This document shows, in pieces, positions 55,317 through 64,000 of a stretch of DNA of 64,000 nt. Numbering within the stretch: position 1 is the stretch's first letter; every line of letters starts with the position of its first letter. A model generated the notes under the pieces. That model searched no databases, was not told the origin of the DNA, and saw only the letters and a list, made by a program, of their open reading frames with translations. A program made the position numbers and the translations under genes. Source of the stretch: Acidimicrobiales bacterium (lineage in GTDB: Bacteria; Actinomycetota; Acidimicrobiia; Acidimicrobiales; JAVJTC01); NCBI GenBank assembly GCA_040219085.1, contig JAVJTC010000007.1, positions 3,995 to 67,994 of the forward strand. Reading direction: 5' to 3'.

Positions 55317-55324
55317 AAGAGTTC

Positions 55325-56404
55325 TCAGCCGGCGTCTCGCGGGCCGGAATCGGCCGGATCCGACGAGGTCGCGTCGTAGACGAGGACGCCGTCACGGTCG
55401 GAGACGGTGACGTGTCCGTGCAGTCGCAGATGCTCGAGGTGCGTGTACGTCTCGCTGTCGGCCAGGTCACCCCACACCGCCGGCCGGAAGATCTCCTTGG
55501 ACAGTTCCCGGACGGTGGCGGAGCCATGGCCGACGGCCGCCTCGCGGAGGCGGTTCAGACGCTCGCGATGGTGATCGGCGATCTCGTCGGCCCTCCCCGC
55601 CAGATCGCTGAACGGGTGCCCGTGGGCGGGTGCCACGACCGACACGTCGCTGAAGTCGTGCATGCGCCCCAGCGAGTCGAAGAAGGCGTCGAGGGGATCG
55701 GGCTGGCTGTTGAACCCACCGATGTGGGGGGTGATCGTCGGAAGGACGTGATCGCCCGAGAGCATCACGCCCTCGACGGGGTCATACAGGCACAGGTGGT
55801 CGTGGGTGTGCCCGGGCGTGTGGACCGCGACCCAGTCGCGCCCTGCGAGGGAGATGACGTCGGCCTCGACCAGGCCGACGTCGCGCGTCGGTGTGCGGTA
55901 CCACCGCTTGTCCACCCCGAGCGCGTTCCACCGGTCGACCTGTTCGGGCCTGGGCTCGCGGCGTGAGCCCCACGGAGTGACGACCGATCGCGCCCAGGGC
56001 GGGACCACCTCGGGCTCCTCCGGATCGACATCGTCGATGTCGAGCATCTCCGCCGCCTCTGAGGAATCCCAGAAGGAACGGAACGAGGCATGCGCGACCA
56101 CCCGCGCCCCGGACTCGTCGCGCAGCCGCGCCGCGCCACCGAAGTGGTCGTAGTGGGAGTGGGTGACGATGATCGTGTGCACCCGCTGCACGGATTCGCC
56201 CGCCTGACCGAGACGGTCGACCAGCGCCTGCCACGACTCCTCGCCGGGAAGTCCGGGGTCCACGACGGCGACGCCGTCAGCGTCCGGGAGGATGTAGCAG
56301 TTCACGTGGCCCAGTCCCGGTAGCTCCACCGGCAGCTGACTGCGAATCACGCCGGGAGCGAGTTCGGTGAGTTCCGCCGTGGCCGGTTCGGCCTCCTGCT
56401 TCAC
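55325..56404 (-). CDS. MBL-fold metallo-hydrolase
   Basis: VNCYILPD..VAVVDPG and IIVTHSHYDHFGGA (HxHxDH). GTGA overlap with the orn stop. Confidence 0.85.
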   Translation of the reverse strand: MKQEAEPATAELTELAPGVIRSQLPVELPGLGHVNCYILPDADGVAVVDPGLPGEESWQALVDRLGQAGESVQRVHTIIVTHSHYDHFGGAARLRDESGARVVAHASFRSFWDSSEAAEMLDIDDVDPEEPEVVPPWARSVVTPWGSRREPRPEQVDRWNALGVDKRWYRTPTRDVGLVEADVISLAGRDWVAVHTPGHTHDHLCLYDPVEGVMLSGDHVLPTITPHIGGFNSQPDPLDAFFDSLGRMHDFSDVSVVAPAHGHPFSDLAGRADEIADHHRERLNRLREAAVGHGSATVRELSKEIFRPAVWGDLADSETYTHLEHLRLHGHVTVSDRDGVLVYDATSSDPADSGPRDAG

Positions 56405-57027
56405 GGCGTCTGCGCCGCTTCGGGCGCGGGGTCGTCTGCCGGCTGGAAGATCGTCGAGCGGTAGTACCGGAGTTCCTCGATGCTCTCGCGGATGTCGTCG
56501 AGGGCGCGGTGGCCGGTGGCCTTGCGCGGGGCGCCCGACATCGCTTCGGGATACCAGCGGCGGCCGAGTTCCTTGATGGTCGAGACGTCGACCGAGCGGT
56601 AGTGGAGGAACTCCTCGATCTCGGGCAGCCACGCGGTGAGGAAACGTCGGTCGGTTCCGATCGAGTTACCGCACAGCGGCACCGAGCGCTCCTCGCTGAT
56701 GTGCTCACGCAGGAACGACATGGTGGCGTCGCCGGCGGTCGTGAGATCGACGGTCGATTCGCGGATCGCCGCCAGCAGGCCACTGCGCTGGTGCATGTCC
56801 CGGACGAAGTCGCCCATGGTGGCGAGAACCTCGTCGGGTTGGTGGATCACGAGGTCGGGCCCCTCGGCGATCACGTTCAGATCGTCGTCGGTCACGATCG
56901 TGGCGATCTCGACGATGTGGTCCTTCGTGGCGTCGAGGCCCGTCATCTCGAGGTCCATCCAGGCCAGCACGGCTGCCGAGGGTACCCCGCCGGTCGCGTC
57001 GCCGCCCGGAGTCACTCTGCGGCTCAC
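56401..57027 (-). CDS. orn: Oligoribonuclease (start uncertain: 57063, 57027, 57015 or 56970)
   Basis: [31 protein letters not shown] and [18 protein letters not shown]. Confidence 0.85.
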   Translation of the reverse strand: MSRRVTPGGDATGGVPSAAVLAWMDLEMTGLDATKDHIVEIATIVTDDDLNVIAEGPDLVIHQPDEVLATMGDFVRDMHQRSGLLAAIRESTVDLTTAGDATMSFLREHISEERSVPLCGNSIGTDRRFLTAWLPEIEEFLHYRSVDVSTIKELGRRWYPEAMSGAPRKATGHRALDDIRESIEELRYYRSTIFQPADDPAPEAAQTP

Positions 57028-57061
57028 CGTGGAGCCGGGCGCGACGGGTACTCTCGCCGAC

Positions 57062-57502
57062 ATGTCCGAGATCCCCATCACCCGCCTCGACCCGGATCTA
57101 CCACTCCCCGGCTACGCGAAGCCCGGCGACGCGGGCGTCGACCTGCGCTCCACAGCGGACGTGGTTCTGAGCGCCGGCGGCGGCCGATCGCTCGTGCCCA
57201 CCGGCGTCGCGATCGCGATTCCGGAGGGGTACGCCGGCTTCGTGCAGCCCCGCAGCGGCCTCGCCCTGAAGCACGGGGTCACCTGCCTGAACACCCCCGG
57301 CCTCATCGACAGCGGCTATCGCGGTGAGCTGAAGGTTCTGCTGGTCAACACCGACCCGACAGCGGACTTCACGGTCACGCGGGGCGAACGCATCGCGCAA
57401 CTGGTGATCCAGGCCGTCGAGCACGCCCGGTTCGTCGAGGTGGACGAGCTACCTGACTCGGAACGGGGCGCAGACGGATTCGGATCGAGCGGAAAGCACT
57501 GA
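57062..57502 (+). CDS. dut: dUTP diphosphatase
   Basis: [32 protein letters not shown] and RIAQLV, with the C-terminal motif RG..GFGSSG. Confidence 0.93.
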   Translation: MSEIPITRLDPDLPLPGYAKPGDAGVDLRSTADVVLSAGGGRSLVPTGVAIAIPEGYAGFVQPRSGLALKHGVTCLNTPGLIDSGYRGELKVLLVNTDPTADFTVTRGERIAQLVIQAVEHARFVEVDELPDSERGADGFGSSGKH

Positions 57503-57532
57503 GGTCGGTCCGTCGGCGCCCGCCGAGCCCGT

Positions 57533-57916
57533 TCAGTCCCCGTCGTCCTCGTGGTCGTCCCGTGCCTTGACCAGCAGGATCTTCGGCCTCTCCCGGTCGA
57601 TCTCGTAGAAGTCGACCAGGCCGCCGGCGATCTCCGCGAAACGTGCGGCCCTTTCGGCAGGGATGTCCCCCCCGTCGAGCACGGCGAGCTCGACCGTCAC
57701 CCTTGCCGGTTCGGCATCGAAGGCGACCGACATTGCCGTGTCCTGCGCGGCGGGCCCGAGCAACGCGATCACGGCTTCGTCCATGGCGAGGCGGAGGTCG
57801 TCGATCTCGGTGAGGGTGTAGCCCCGACGCAGCGCGAGGTTCGCGGCCGCAGCGCGGGCGACCCGGCCGTACTCGGCTCGTGCCGGGAGCTCCATCGAGA
57901 TGCGGTCACCGCTCAT
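57533..57916 (-). CDS. Small acidic protein resembling the N-terminal part of RsbW/SpoIIAB-type anti-sigma regulatory factors
   Basis: ELPARAEYGRVARAAAANLALRRGYTLTEIDDLRLAMDEAVIAL. No obvious ATP-lid motifs. The family call is tentative. Confidence 0.35.
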   Translation of the reverse strand: MSGDRISMELPARAEYGRVARAAAANLALRRGYTLTEIDDLRLAMDEAVIALLGPAAQDTAMSVAFDAEPARVTVELAVLDGGDIPAERAARFAEIAGGLVDFYEIDRERPKILLVKARDDHEDDGD

Positions 57917-57983
57917 CGGGACCAGCTTGCCATGACATGGTCGTGCGCGCCGTGAGCATCCATCGAGTTCCCGGCCTCCAGCC

Positions 57984-58577
57984 GTGACCGTCTACGTCGA
58001 TGCCGCCCGCTGGGAGTGGAGCGGTCACCTGTGGGCGCACCTCGTGAGCGACGAGGACCTCGATGAGCTCCACGCCTTCGCCCGCGAGGTGGGGCTGCGG
58101 TACCTGTCCTTCGGGCTGGACCACTACGACATCCCCGAGTTCGCGTTGGATGTCGCGATCGGCCTCGGGGCCGAGGCCGTTTCTTCGCGCGAGCTCGCCC
58201 GTCGACTCGTGAGCTCGGGGCTGCGTCGCCGCGTCGGCCATGGGGCGCGCCGTTGGCGACTGGCCGCCGGTGGTGCCGCCCCGTTCGACCCGAAGGTCTT
58301 CGCATCCGTGGAGGTTCCCGGTGGTGGGGTCACAGCGGGGTCGATCGTGCGCGCCGTCGATGCGGGGCTCGCCCACGTTCCCGGTGGCGAATGGCGTCTG
58401 CTGTGGCGCCCCTCCGAAACCGTCGTGATGTTGCAGTGGGATCCCTCCTCGGTCGACGCGGCTGATCACGCCGACGTGGCAGGCGTCGTCGCCGAGCTGG
58501 CCGGCGACACCGCCGACCGTGTCGTGACGGCGCGCGACCCGCGTGGGGCGACGGTGGAACTCGTCGTCGTGGCGTGA
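57984..58577 (+). CDS. DUF4031 domain protein with a C-terminal extension
   Basis: MTVYVDAARWEWSGHLWAHLVSDEDLDELHAFAREVGL....HYDIP matches the N-terminal DUF4031 signature. Confidence 0.6.
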   Translation: MTVYVDAARWEWSGHLWAHLVSDEDLDELHAFAREVGLRYLSFGLDHYDIPEFALDVAIGLGAEAVSSRELARRLVSSGLRRRVGHGARRWRLAAGGAAPFDPKVFASVEVPGGGVTAGSIVRAVDAGLAHVPGGEWRLLWRPSETVVMLQWDPSSVDAADHADVAGVVAELAGDTADRVVTARDPRGATVELVVVA

Positions 58578-59395
58578 GCGCCTCCGGTACCGTCCGCTCC
58601 ATGGACGAACCTGCCATCCGGGTCGGGCTCATCGGACACGGTGCGATCGGTTCGGTGATCGCCGACGGGCTGGTTTCCGGCACGGTCGACGGTGCGGTGC
58701 TGGGCGGGGTCCTGGACCCGGTGGCGCCGCGCGTGGGCCACGTCGTCGCCTCGGTCGATGAGCTTCTCGAGACCGCTGATCTCGTGGTCGAGGCAGCCGG
58801 CCACTCCGCTCTCGCGACCTACGCACCGACCGTGCGTTCCGCGGGGGCCGACCTGCTCGTCGTCAGTGTCGGCGCGCTCGCCGATGACGAGCTCCGGGCG
58901 GTCGTGACGGCCCCCGCTCCGGGGCGGGTGTTGCTCACGACGGGAGCGATCGGAGGGTTCGACACGCTCCGCGCGGCCATGTTGCTGGGCCGTCTGGACA
59001 CGGTCTCCATCACCTCGACCAAGCCCGCCCGCAACCTCGTCCGGGACTGGATGGCGCCTGGGACGGTCGACGCGCTGACAGCGGGCAGTGAGCGCGTCGT
59101 CGCCTTCGAGGGCACGGCCCGGGAGGCGGCCCGACGGTTCCCGGAGTCGGCCAATGTGTGTGCGACTCTCGCCCTGGCCACCGTCGGGCTCGATGCGACG
59201 GTGGCGCGCCTCGTGGGTGATCCCACGGCGACCACCGTGCGCCATGTCGTGGCTGCCGAAGGCGCCGCCGGTCGCTACGAGTTCTCCTTCGAGAACCATC
59301 CGTCGCAGGCCAACCCCAAGACCTCCGCCATCACGCCGTATTCGGTCCTGCGCGCCCTGGGGGATCTGACGAACCTCACGTGGAGCTTCGTGTAG
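58574..59395 (+). CDS. Aspartate dehydrogenase-domain protein (NadX-like)
   Basis: Rossmann motif VGLIGHGAIG, TTGAIGGFDTL, STKPA and NPKTSAIT. The start is GTG 58574 (GTGA overlap) or ATG 58601. Confidence 0.7.
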   Translation: MSASGTVRSMDEPAIRVGLIGHGAIGSVIADGLVSGTVDGAVLGGVLDPVAPRVGHVVASVDELLETADLVVEAAGHSALATYAPTVRSAGADLLVVSVGALADDELRAVVTAPAPGRVLLTTGAIGGFDTLRAAMLLGRLDTVSITSTKPARNLVRDWMAPGTVDALTAGSERVVAFEGTAREAARRFPESANVCATLALATVGLDATVARLVGDPTATTVRHVVAAEGAAGRYEFSFENHPSQANPKTSAITPYSVLRALGDLTNLTWSFV

Positions 59396-59472
59396 CACCC
59401 ACGGGTTACGCCGTGTACATCTCTGGCGCAGCTCTGCTGCGCGAGGACGTCACTGGTGACGAACGGGGCCTG

Positions 59473-60360
59473 CTACTCGGAGTCCTCTTGCTCCTCTTGT
59501 TCTTCTCGGGGGAGGGCCGGGGGGTCGAGGGTGGCGCACTCGTCGGGAGCGAAGTCGATGTAGAGGTCCCGGCCGCTGCGGAACGAGACCACCTCGCCGA
59601 GTTCCACTTCGAACACGATGCGGAAGTCCGCGTCCGTCTCGTCGGTCGGGACGAACGTGGCGGTGACGCCGTCCTCGCCGTCGCTCACCGTCTCGAGCGC
59701 AGAACCGAGGCCGGATTCGAGTTCGTCGAGCGTCGTGCCCACGCCGTACCCCGACCTCGTGCGGATGTCGGGGTTCGTGATGTCCACCCGCTCGATCGTG
59801 TTGCGGATCACGTAGAAGGTCACACCATCGGGCCCCTGGCTGGGCGTCACCGGGACGCAGGGCGGGAACGGCGGATCCGGTAGCCCGTCCCAGGTGGTCG
59901 CCGCGGCCACGGCCGCCTCGTCGGGGGTCATTCCGAAGATGATCTCGTCGAGGCCGACCGTCGACACCGCCGAGTCCTCGGTGAAGGCCTCGTCGGCGAG
60001 CTCGTAGGTCGTGGTGGTGGTCGGACCGGGGTCGGTCCCGTCGTCGTCTCCGGCGTCGTCACCGTCATCGGTCGACCCGCTGGCATCATCGGTCCCGTCG
60101 TCGCCGTCTCCGGTGGACCCGTCGCCGTCTGTCGAGGCGCCGTCGTCGGCCGTGTCGTCGCCTCCTGCAACGGGGGGAGTGGTCGTCGTGGTGGTGGAGT
60201 CGCCGGTCGCCGTGTCACCGTCGGTGGCGTCGGCCGTGTCGTCGCCGGCGGCCGACGTGTCGTCGTCGCCACCCCCGCAGCCCGCGGCGAGTACCGAGAC
60301 GGTCGCGATGACCGCGAGAAGGGCGAGGATCGGTCGGGCGGGGCGGTGGCGGCCGGTCAC
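59473..60360 (-). CDS. Lipoprotein with a long Asp/Thr/Gly-rich low-complexity linker and a C-terminal globular domain
   Basis: Lipobox LAAGCGG, followed by about 110 aa of D/T/G-rich sequence. No family recognised. Confidence 0.55.
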   Translation of the reverse strand: MTGRHRPARPILALLAVIATVSVLAAGCGGGDDDTSAAGDDTADATDGDTATGDSTTTTTTPPVAGGDDTADDGASTDGDGSTGDGDDGTDDASGSTDDGDDAGDDDGTDPGPTTTTTYELADEAFTEDSAVSTVGLDEIIFGMTPDEAAVAAATTWDGLPDPPFPPCVPVTPSQGPDGVTFYVIRNTIERVDITNPDIRTRSGYGVGTTLDELESGLGSALETVSDGEDGVTATFVPTDETDADFRIVFEVELGEVVSFRSGRDLYIDFAPDECATLDPPALPREEQEEQEDSE

Positions 60361-60427
60361 GCTTCCAAACTACGTGAGCGTGACGGGCGCGTAGCGTCAC
60401 CCGGCTGCGCTCCTACAGTGGCGCTCC

Positions 60428-61654
60428 GTGTTCCGCCGAACCCCGTGCATCGTCGCGATGGCCATGTTCGTCGCGGTCGCCCTGGTCGGTGGTGCCTGCG
60501 GTGGCACCGACGAAGCGTCCTCGCCTGCGCCGACGACGGTCCTGCCGACGACGACGCTTCCGCCCACCACGACGGTCCCGCCGACGACGACGCCTCCGCC
60601 CACCACGACGGTCCCGCCGACGACCACGACGGTCCAGCCCACTCCGACGGAGTGCGCGGCCGCACTGCCCCTGCGGGTCCGGCTCGGTCAACTGCTGGTG
60701 CCCCTCGCCACCGAGGCCGATCTCGCCGACGCGACCGTCGCGGCAGCCGGTGGCGAACTCGGCGGGGTGGCCCTGCTCGGCACACCGGGGCCCGGTCTGG
60801 CCGACGCACTGGCCGCGCTGCGCGCCGCCGCGCCCTACGACCTGCTCGTGGCTTCCGACGAGGAGGGTGGCACCGTCCAACGCCTCGACGGGCTGCTCGG
60901 ACGACTGCCGTCAGCGGCGACCGTGGCCGCCACCGTCGATCCGGATGCCGCCCGCGAGCAGGCACGCGTATACGGAGAGGGGATGGTCGCGCTCGGTGTG
61001 AACGTCGTATTCGCACCCGTCCTCGACGTCGGTGGGGGCCCCGGCATCGGCACGCGGTCCTACTCCGCCGACCCACAGGTGGTGGCGGACTACGGCACAG
61101 CGGTGGCGGCTGGTTTCGCCGACGCCGGCGTGGTGCCGGTCCTCAAGCACTTCCCGGGCCACGGTCGCGCGTCGGCCGACTCGCACGTCTCCCTTCCCAC
61201 GGCGCCGCCCGTCGACGAGTTGCGCGCCGTTGACCTCGTGCCCTATGAGCGGGCCTTCGCGGAGCTCTCAGAGCCCGTCGCCGTCATGGTCGCCCACCTC
61301 GACGTGCCGGGACTGACCGACGGGACGGCGACGAGCCTCTCCCCGGCGGCCATCGACGGGCTGTTGAGAACCGAGCTCGGGTTCGACGGCCTCGTCTTCA
61401 CGGATTCGCTGACGATGGGGGCGGTGGCGTCCCTGGGCATCGTCGAGGCCACCCGGCTGGCGCTGGTCGCGGGTGCCGATGTCGCCATCGTCTCCAGGGT
61501 GGCCGACGTACCACCGCTGATCGACGGCCTCGTCGCGGCGGTCGATGCCGGCAGCCTCGACGGCGCGGTGATCGACGACTCCGTGGCCCGGGTGTTCGCC
61601 GCGAAGGGTCTGGATCCCTGCGACGTCGCACCCGGGGTGTTCACAGGTGGGTGA
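60428..61654 (+). CDS. Glycoside hydrolase family 3 (NagZ-like beta-N-acetylhexosaminidase) lipoprotein
   Basis: Lipobox LVGGACGG, a PT-rich linker, SDEEGGTVQRL, NVVFAPVLDV and KHFPGHG. Confidence 0.85.
   Translation: MFRRTPCIVAMAMFVAVALVGGACGGTDEASSPAPTTVLPTTTLPPTTTVPPTTTPPPTTTVPPTTTTVQPTPTECAAALPLRVRLGQLLVPLATEADLADATVAAAGGELGGVALLGTPGPGLADALAALRAAAPYDLLVASDEEGGTVQRLDGLLGRLPSAATVAATVDPDAAREQARVYGEGMVALGVNVVFAPVLDVGGGPGIGTRSYSADPQVVADYGTAVAAGFADAGVVPVLKHFPGHGRASADSHVSLPTAPPVDELRAVDLVPYERAFAELSEPVAVMVAHLDVPGLTDGTATSLSPAAIDGLLRTELGFDGLVFTDSLTMGAVASLGIVEATRLALVAGADVAIVSRVADVPPLIDGLVAAVDAGSLDGAVIDDSVARVFAAKGLDPCDVAPGVFTGG
60541..60633 (+). repeat. 36-bp coding tandem repeat (about 2.6 copies) encoding the (L/V)PPTTT linker of the GH3 lipoprotein
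   Basis: cc(t/c)gccgacgacgacgc(t/c)tccgcccaccacgacggt occurs twice, followed by a partial copy. Confidence 0.7.
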
Positions 61655-61655
61655 G

Positions 61656-61728
61656 TGGGCCGCCTGGGGCTCGAACCCAGCACCTTGAGATTAAAAGTCT
61701 CCTGCTCTACCCGATGAGCTAGCGGCCC
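61656..61728 (-). tRNA. tRNA-Lys (anticodon TTT)
   Basis: The reverse complement is gggccgctagctcatcgggtagagcaggagacttttaatctcaaggtgctgggttcgagccccaggcggccca. Anticodon loop ctTTTaa. Confidence 0.9.
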
Positions 61729-61811
61729 GGCGTAAGGGTAGTGCCGCCCGCCTCGCACACTCCGGCCCGCCGGGCTCCACCAGCGTCCCCGGCGCCCAAT
61801 ATGGTGTCGCG

Positions 61812-63257
61812 GTGCCAACCGCCCGTCGAAGCGTCACCGCAGGAGTCGCCGTCGTCGCTGCCGGAGCGGGTGCGGTGGTCGCGGCGCTCTCGGACCCGAC
61901 CCGCAAGGCCCAGGCACAGCGCTGGATGCGGATCTCCCGGCTGTCCGCACGCCGGGCGGTCACCTACGCGTCGACCAGGGTCCGCGGCCGCAACGCCGAC
62001 GAGGAACGCCGCCGGGAGTTGGATTCGCAGTTCGTCATCCGCACCGCCGAGGACGTCACCCGTGAGCTCGGCCAGATGAAGGGCGCGGTCATGAAGGTCG
62101 GGCAGCTCATGTCCTTCATCGTCGAGGGGCTCCCGGAGGCTGCCAAGGAGTCGCTCGCCAGCCTCCAGGCGGACGTTCCGCCGATGGCGCCGTCTCTGGC
62201 CGCTGAGGTCATCGCCACCGAACTCGGCGATCTGCCCGAGAAGATCTTCCTCGACTGGGAGCCCGTCCCACGCGCGGCCGCCTCCATCGGTCAGGTCCAC
62301 AAGGCGGTGCTGCGCGACGGTCGTGAGGTCGCCGTCAAGGTCCAGTACCCCGGTGCCGGCGATGCCATCCGGGGTGACCTCGCGAACGCGAAGGTCCTCA
62401 CGCGGGCGTTCTCGATGTTCGCCTTCAAGTCGCTCGACGTCGAGACCATGGTCACCGAGTTGCAGGCCCGCATGGGCGAGGAGCTCGACTACGAGCTCGA
62501 AGCCTCGCGCCAGGACCGGTTCCACCACCGCTACCGCGACCACCCGTTCCTGGCGGTACCACGGGTCATCGACGAGTTCACCACCGGCAGGGTCCTGACC
62601 TCCGAGTGGGTCGACGGCATGTCCTGGTCCGAGTTCGAGGCCTACGCCGGCCACGACCTCCGCCAACGCACCGGCGAGGCCCTGTTCCGGTTCCAGCAGG
62701 GCGCCATCTACCGGGCCCACGAGTTCAACGCCGACCCACATCCCGGCAACTACCGTTTCTGGCCCGACGGCCGGATCACGCTGCTCGACTTCGGGTTGGT
62801 CAAGCAGTGGACCGAGGAGGAGCGGGCCTCGCTGTGGCCGATCATCGATCCGCTGCTGGACCGTGACGTCGAGGCCACCGTGAGCTGCCTCGTGGCGGCC
62901 GGCTTCCTGGTACCCGACCACGGTCTCGACCCCCAGCACGTCTTCGAGTACGTGTCGACGCCCTACGAGCCGTTCCTGGTCGAGGAGTTCACCTTCACGC
63001 GTGAGTTCACGAAGGCGGCGCTGAGTCGCATCGCGGACCTCAACGGCCCGTACGCGGACGTGATCAACTCGATGACCCTCCCGTCGTCGTTCGTGCTGCT
63101 CGACCGGGTGGTCTGGGGAATCGCGGCGATACTCGGCCGCCTCGAGGCGACCAACCGCTGGCGCGGCATCCTCGCGGAGTACCGCGCTGAGGCGGAGCCG
63201 TGTACGGAGTTGGGCCGGTTGGAAGCGGCCTGGTTGGCTGACCGTCGCGGCTGGTGA
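61812..63257 (+). CDS. ABC1/UbiB (AarF) atypical kinase family protein
   Basis: KVGQLMS, PRAAASIGQVHKAVLRDGREVAVKVQYPG, HEFNADPHPGNY and LLDFGLV. Confidence 0.85.
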   Translation: MPTARRSVTAGVAVVAAGAGAVVAALSDPTRKAQAQRWMRISRLSARRAVTYASTRVRGRNADEERRRELDSQFVIRTAEDVTRELGQMKGAVMKVGQLMSFIVEGLPEAAKESLASLQADVPPMAPSLAAEVIATELGDLPEKIFLDWEPVPRAAASIGQVHKAVLRDGREVAVKVQYPGAGDAIRGDLANAKVLTRAFSMFAFKSLDVETMVTELQARMGEELDYELEASRQDRFHHRYRDHPFLAVPRVIDEFTTGRVLTSEWVDGMSWSEFEAYAGHDLRQRTGEALFRFQQGAIYRAHEFNADPHPGNYRFWPDGRITLLDFGLVKQWTEEERASLWPIIDPLLDRDVEATVSCLVAAGFLVPDHGLDPQHVFEYVSTPYEPFLVEEFTFTREFTKAALSRIADLNGPYADVINSMTLPSSFVLLDRVVWGIAAILGRLEATNRWRGILAEYRAEAEPCTELGRLEAAWLADRRGW

Positions 63258-63284
63258 CAGGGGCGGTTGCGGGAGACGCAGCCG

Positions 63285-63887
63285 TCAGATCTGGGCCGGC
63301 GTGGTGGCGCGTCGGTCGTTCTCGTCGATGAGCTCCACCCGTTCGCCCAACTCGACAGCGTCCGCGGTCACCATGACCCACCGGCCCGCCAGGTTCGGGA
63401 CGCGTACCCAGCTGTGGCCGTCCCGGCGTTCCAGTGCGTTGATGACCCCGCCGTGGGTGACGACGAGCATCGGCCCGGGGGCGCCCGAGGCGATGTCGCG
63501 CAGCGCCGTCGTGACGCGCCCGACGAGGTGGGCGTCGTGTTCGTAGCCGGGGGGGCGTCGTCCCTCGTGGAGGTAGCGGGGCCACCGGACTTCGATCTCG
63601 CGGCGGGTGAGTCCCTCCCACGGGCCGGCGGTCCGTTCTCGTAGCCCTTCTTCCACCCGTACCAGATCCTGGCCGGTCTCGGCAGCGACGATCCGCGCGG
63701 TCGTGTGGGCCCGGTCGAGATCGCTGGATGCGATGCCGACGAGATCGCCCATCCTCGCGACCTGTGTCGCGGCGAGCGCGGCCTGTCGTTCCCCCAGTTC
63801 CGTCAACGGAGGGTCGGCCTGACCCTGCCAGCGGCCGACGGCATTCCACGTACTCTGGGCGTGGCGGATGAGAAGCAACCGTGTCAC
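63285..63887 (-). CDS. Histidine phosphatase family protein (phosphoglycerate mutase-like)
   Basis: LLLIRHAQSTWN, SSDLDRAHTTA, ERTAGPWEG and VVTHGGVI. Confidence 0.85.
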   Translation of the reverse strand: MTRLLLIRHAQSTWNAVGRWQGQADPPLTELGERQAALAATQVARMGDLVGIASSDLDRAHTTARIVAAETGQDLVRVEEGLRERTAGPWEGLTRREIEVRWPRYLHEGRRPPGYEHDAHLVGRVTTALRDIASGAPGPMLVVTHGGVINALERRDGHSWVRVPNLAGRWVMVTADAVELGERVELIDENDRRATTPAQI

Positions 63888-63955
63888 GGGGCGACACGCT
63901 ACCGGCCGCGTCGTGAGCAGTTCGTCGCCGCCCTGCGGAGCCGTAGGATCTGGTC

Positions 63956-64000
63956 ATGGCCACGCTGCGACTCTTCGCGTCGATCCGGGAAGCCGCCGGC
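63956..64000 (+). CDS. 5' fragment of a MoaD/ThiS-like sulfur-carrier gene (runs off-window)
   Basis: MATLRLFASIREAAG resembles the MoaD N-terminus (M.V.LFA.LRE.AG). Only 15 codons are visible. Confidence 0.35.
   Translation, partial: MATLRLFASIREAAG

Noticed and set aside
59900-60330. Highly repetitive GAC/GGC/ACC-rich DNA that looks like a repeat array
   Set aside because: It is in frame within the 59473..60360 lipoprotein gene and encodes a D/T/G-rich linker. There is no regular repeat-spacer structure, so it is not a CRISPR array or a satellite.

Overview
High-GC actinobacterial chromosome segment. Long shadow ORFs on both strands are typical of such genomes. The gene content and the Rv0338c-like, dnaK-grpE-dnaJ-hspR and purA neighbourhood point to Actinomycetota, possibly an Acidimicrobiia-like lineage, but taxonomy is inference only.

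Layout:
- 1-3304: right end of an integrated element (XRE regulator, excisionase, DUF3800 protein, tyrosine integrase) abutting tRNA-Gly(CCC).
- 3.4-9.4 kb: TerC, tandem USP, Phd/VapC toxin-antitoxin, Tat-lipoprotein PhoD, HD-domain protein, dcd.
- 9.4-15.7 kb: copper/cytochrome-maturation neighbourhood. It holds divergent ECF sigma and zf-HC2 anti-sigma genes, PCu(A)C, and a tightly overlapping five-gene minus-strand operon (ABC exporter, cytochrome c, SCO1, small lipoprotein, membrane protein).
- 15.8-21.0 kb: large membrane Fe-S (HdrD/GlpC-like) reductase, a short winged-helix regulator, and amtB-glnK.
- 21-29 kb: gpmA, the dnaK-grpE-dnaJ-hspR operon with a HAIR operator, purA, purB.
- 29-34 kb: spondin_N protein, a tRNA Glu/Asp/Phe cluster interrupted by an ORF, an LLM oxidoreductase, glnII.
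- 33.6-45.1 kb: DUF2017-clpS-ctaA (minus strand) facing ctaB and a Bacillus-like caa3 oxidase operon (ctaC-D-E-F-G).
- 45.3-64 kb: acyltransferase plus PAS-GGDEF-EAL protein, serS, crcB pair, pdxH, ccdA/tlpA, a WhiB7-like gene, MBL-orn, dut, nadX-like, GH3, tRNA-Lys, ABC1 kinase, histidine phosphatase, and the start of a moaD-like gene.

Most unusual observation: three extra, translationally coupled genes sit between ctaB and ctaC. They encode a heme-copper-oxidase subunit I paralog that has lost all six canonical His ligands and the cross-linked Tyr, a subunit III-like paralog, and an unassignable polytopic membrane protein.

Other notable signals:
- A WhiB7-type leader (AT-rich element plus -35, uORF, intrinsic attenuator).
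- 11-bp-phased GlnR-box-like repeats upstream of both amtB and glnII.
- An orphan intrinsic terminator between hspR and purA.
- A FeeM/LuxI-like acyltransferase next to a c-di-GMP enzyme.

No CRISPR array, rRNA or transposase was seen.
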